A stretch of DNA of 64,000 nucleotides from assembly GCF_006345805.1 (NCBI RefSeq), contig NC_043021.1:11284001-11348000 (forward strand), written 5' to 3'. The notes under the pieces were generated by a model, which made no database searches, was not told the DNA's origin, and saw only the letters and a program-made list of their open reading frames with translations. Each line of letters begins with the position of its first letter. Position 1 is the stretch's first letter. The position numbers and the translations under genes were made by a program. Positions 63,369 through 64,000 of the stretch are shown here, in pieces. The stretch is from Octopus sinensis (taxonomy: Eukaryota).

Positions 63369-64000
63369 TGTCTCTGGAACCGTTAGTTACGAAAGGAATC
63401 AAAGAAACCAGGGTCATTCAATCCAAACAAAACAGCTACGTGCGTGCTCGCGCGCACGTATATATATATATATTATATATATATTATATATATTATATAT
63501 ATATGATATATATATATATAACAGTAGGTTTCTTGTATATGCGTGTGTTTGTGTCCGTGCGAAGAGGAAGAATCGGTTTGTCTTTTGTTTTTGTTATTTT
63601 CTCTTGAGGTAAACGTACGTGGTTAGTTTTGATATGAATTCTTCCTGCTATTTCTCTATCATGACTATTCTTCCAAAGCTAAAGACAACATTCCTGGGTA
63701 AGAAGAATCCAAGACACACGCATTTCATCCCAAATATATGTAGACACGCACTTATATATACATATATATATATACGTATATATATATATATGTATATAAC
63801 CTATGAAGTGCGTGTGTCTGATAAAACACTTAAACACGGCTCTAGATGTGAAGAACACACAGAAGCTGTCGACAGTTGTCTGCCCCTGATGTCTGTTGTG
63901 ATGCCAATTAGCAGGGGTGAGATAACTGCGTAAGGTTTCCTTTCCTTCTCGCCAATCCCACCACCCACATCAAGAATGAAACGTCATTCTATTATATTTA

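Noticed and set aside
63619-63933. First exon of a plus-strand gene divergent from KCTD10 (donor-like GTAAG at about 63696 and 63929)
   Set aside because: No recognisable protein (it does not resemble the recalled UBE3B N-terminus, the human neighbour), and the window ends before it can be tested.

Overview
AT-rich, SINE- and microsatellite-dense animal genomic DNA. The repeat families and style point to an octopus (coleoid cephalopod) genome; this is an inference. Five spliced genes were reconstructed by hand with GT-AG junctions and consistent reading phases. (1) RNF215-like PA-domain E3 ligase, minus strand, 4 exons in the window, running off the left edge. (2) ARMC5 (ARM + BTB), plus strand, 6 coding exons, about 1418 aa. 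(3) GATC, minus strand, 4-5 coding exons. (4) TRIAP1/Mdm35, plus strand, 2 exons, 79 aa. (5) KCTD10/BACURD, minus strand, 5 exons, 287 aa. RNF215/ARMC5 and GATC/TRIAP1 are head-to-head pairs. Introns and spacers hold tRNA-derived SINEs, CR1-group and RTE LINE 3' ends, a mariner fossil, MITEs with TA, TTAA and 8-bp TSDs, and two non-autonomous Helitrons. Main unexplained signals: a hammerhead-ribozyme fold with every core nucleotide intact (61256-61341) plus degenerate minimal hammerheads from three further repeat families; a 3' stem-loop shared by a CR1-type LINE and the commonest SINE; the GATC-TRIAP1-ARMC5 linkage matching human neighbourhoods; and KCTD10 substitutions that A-to-I editing could revert. 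All homology calls are from recognition and memory; no database search was run.
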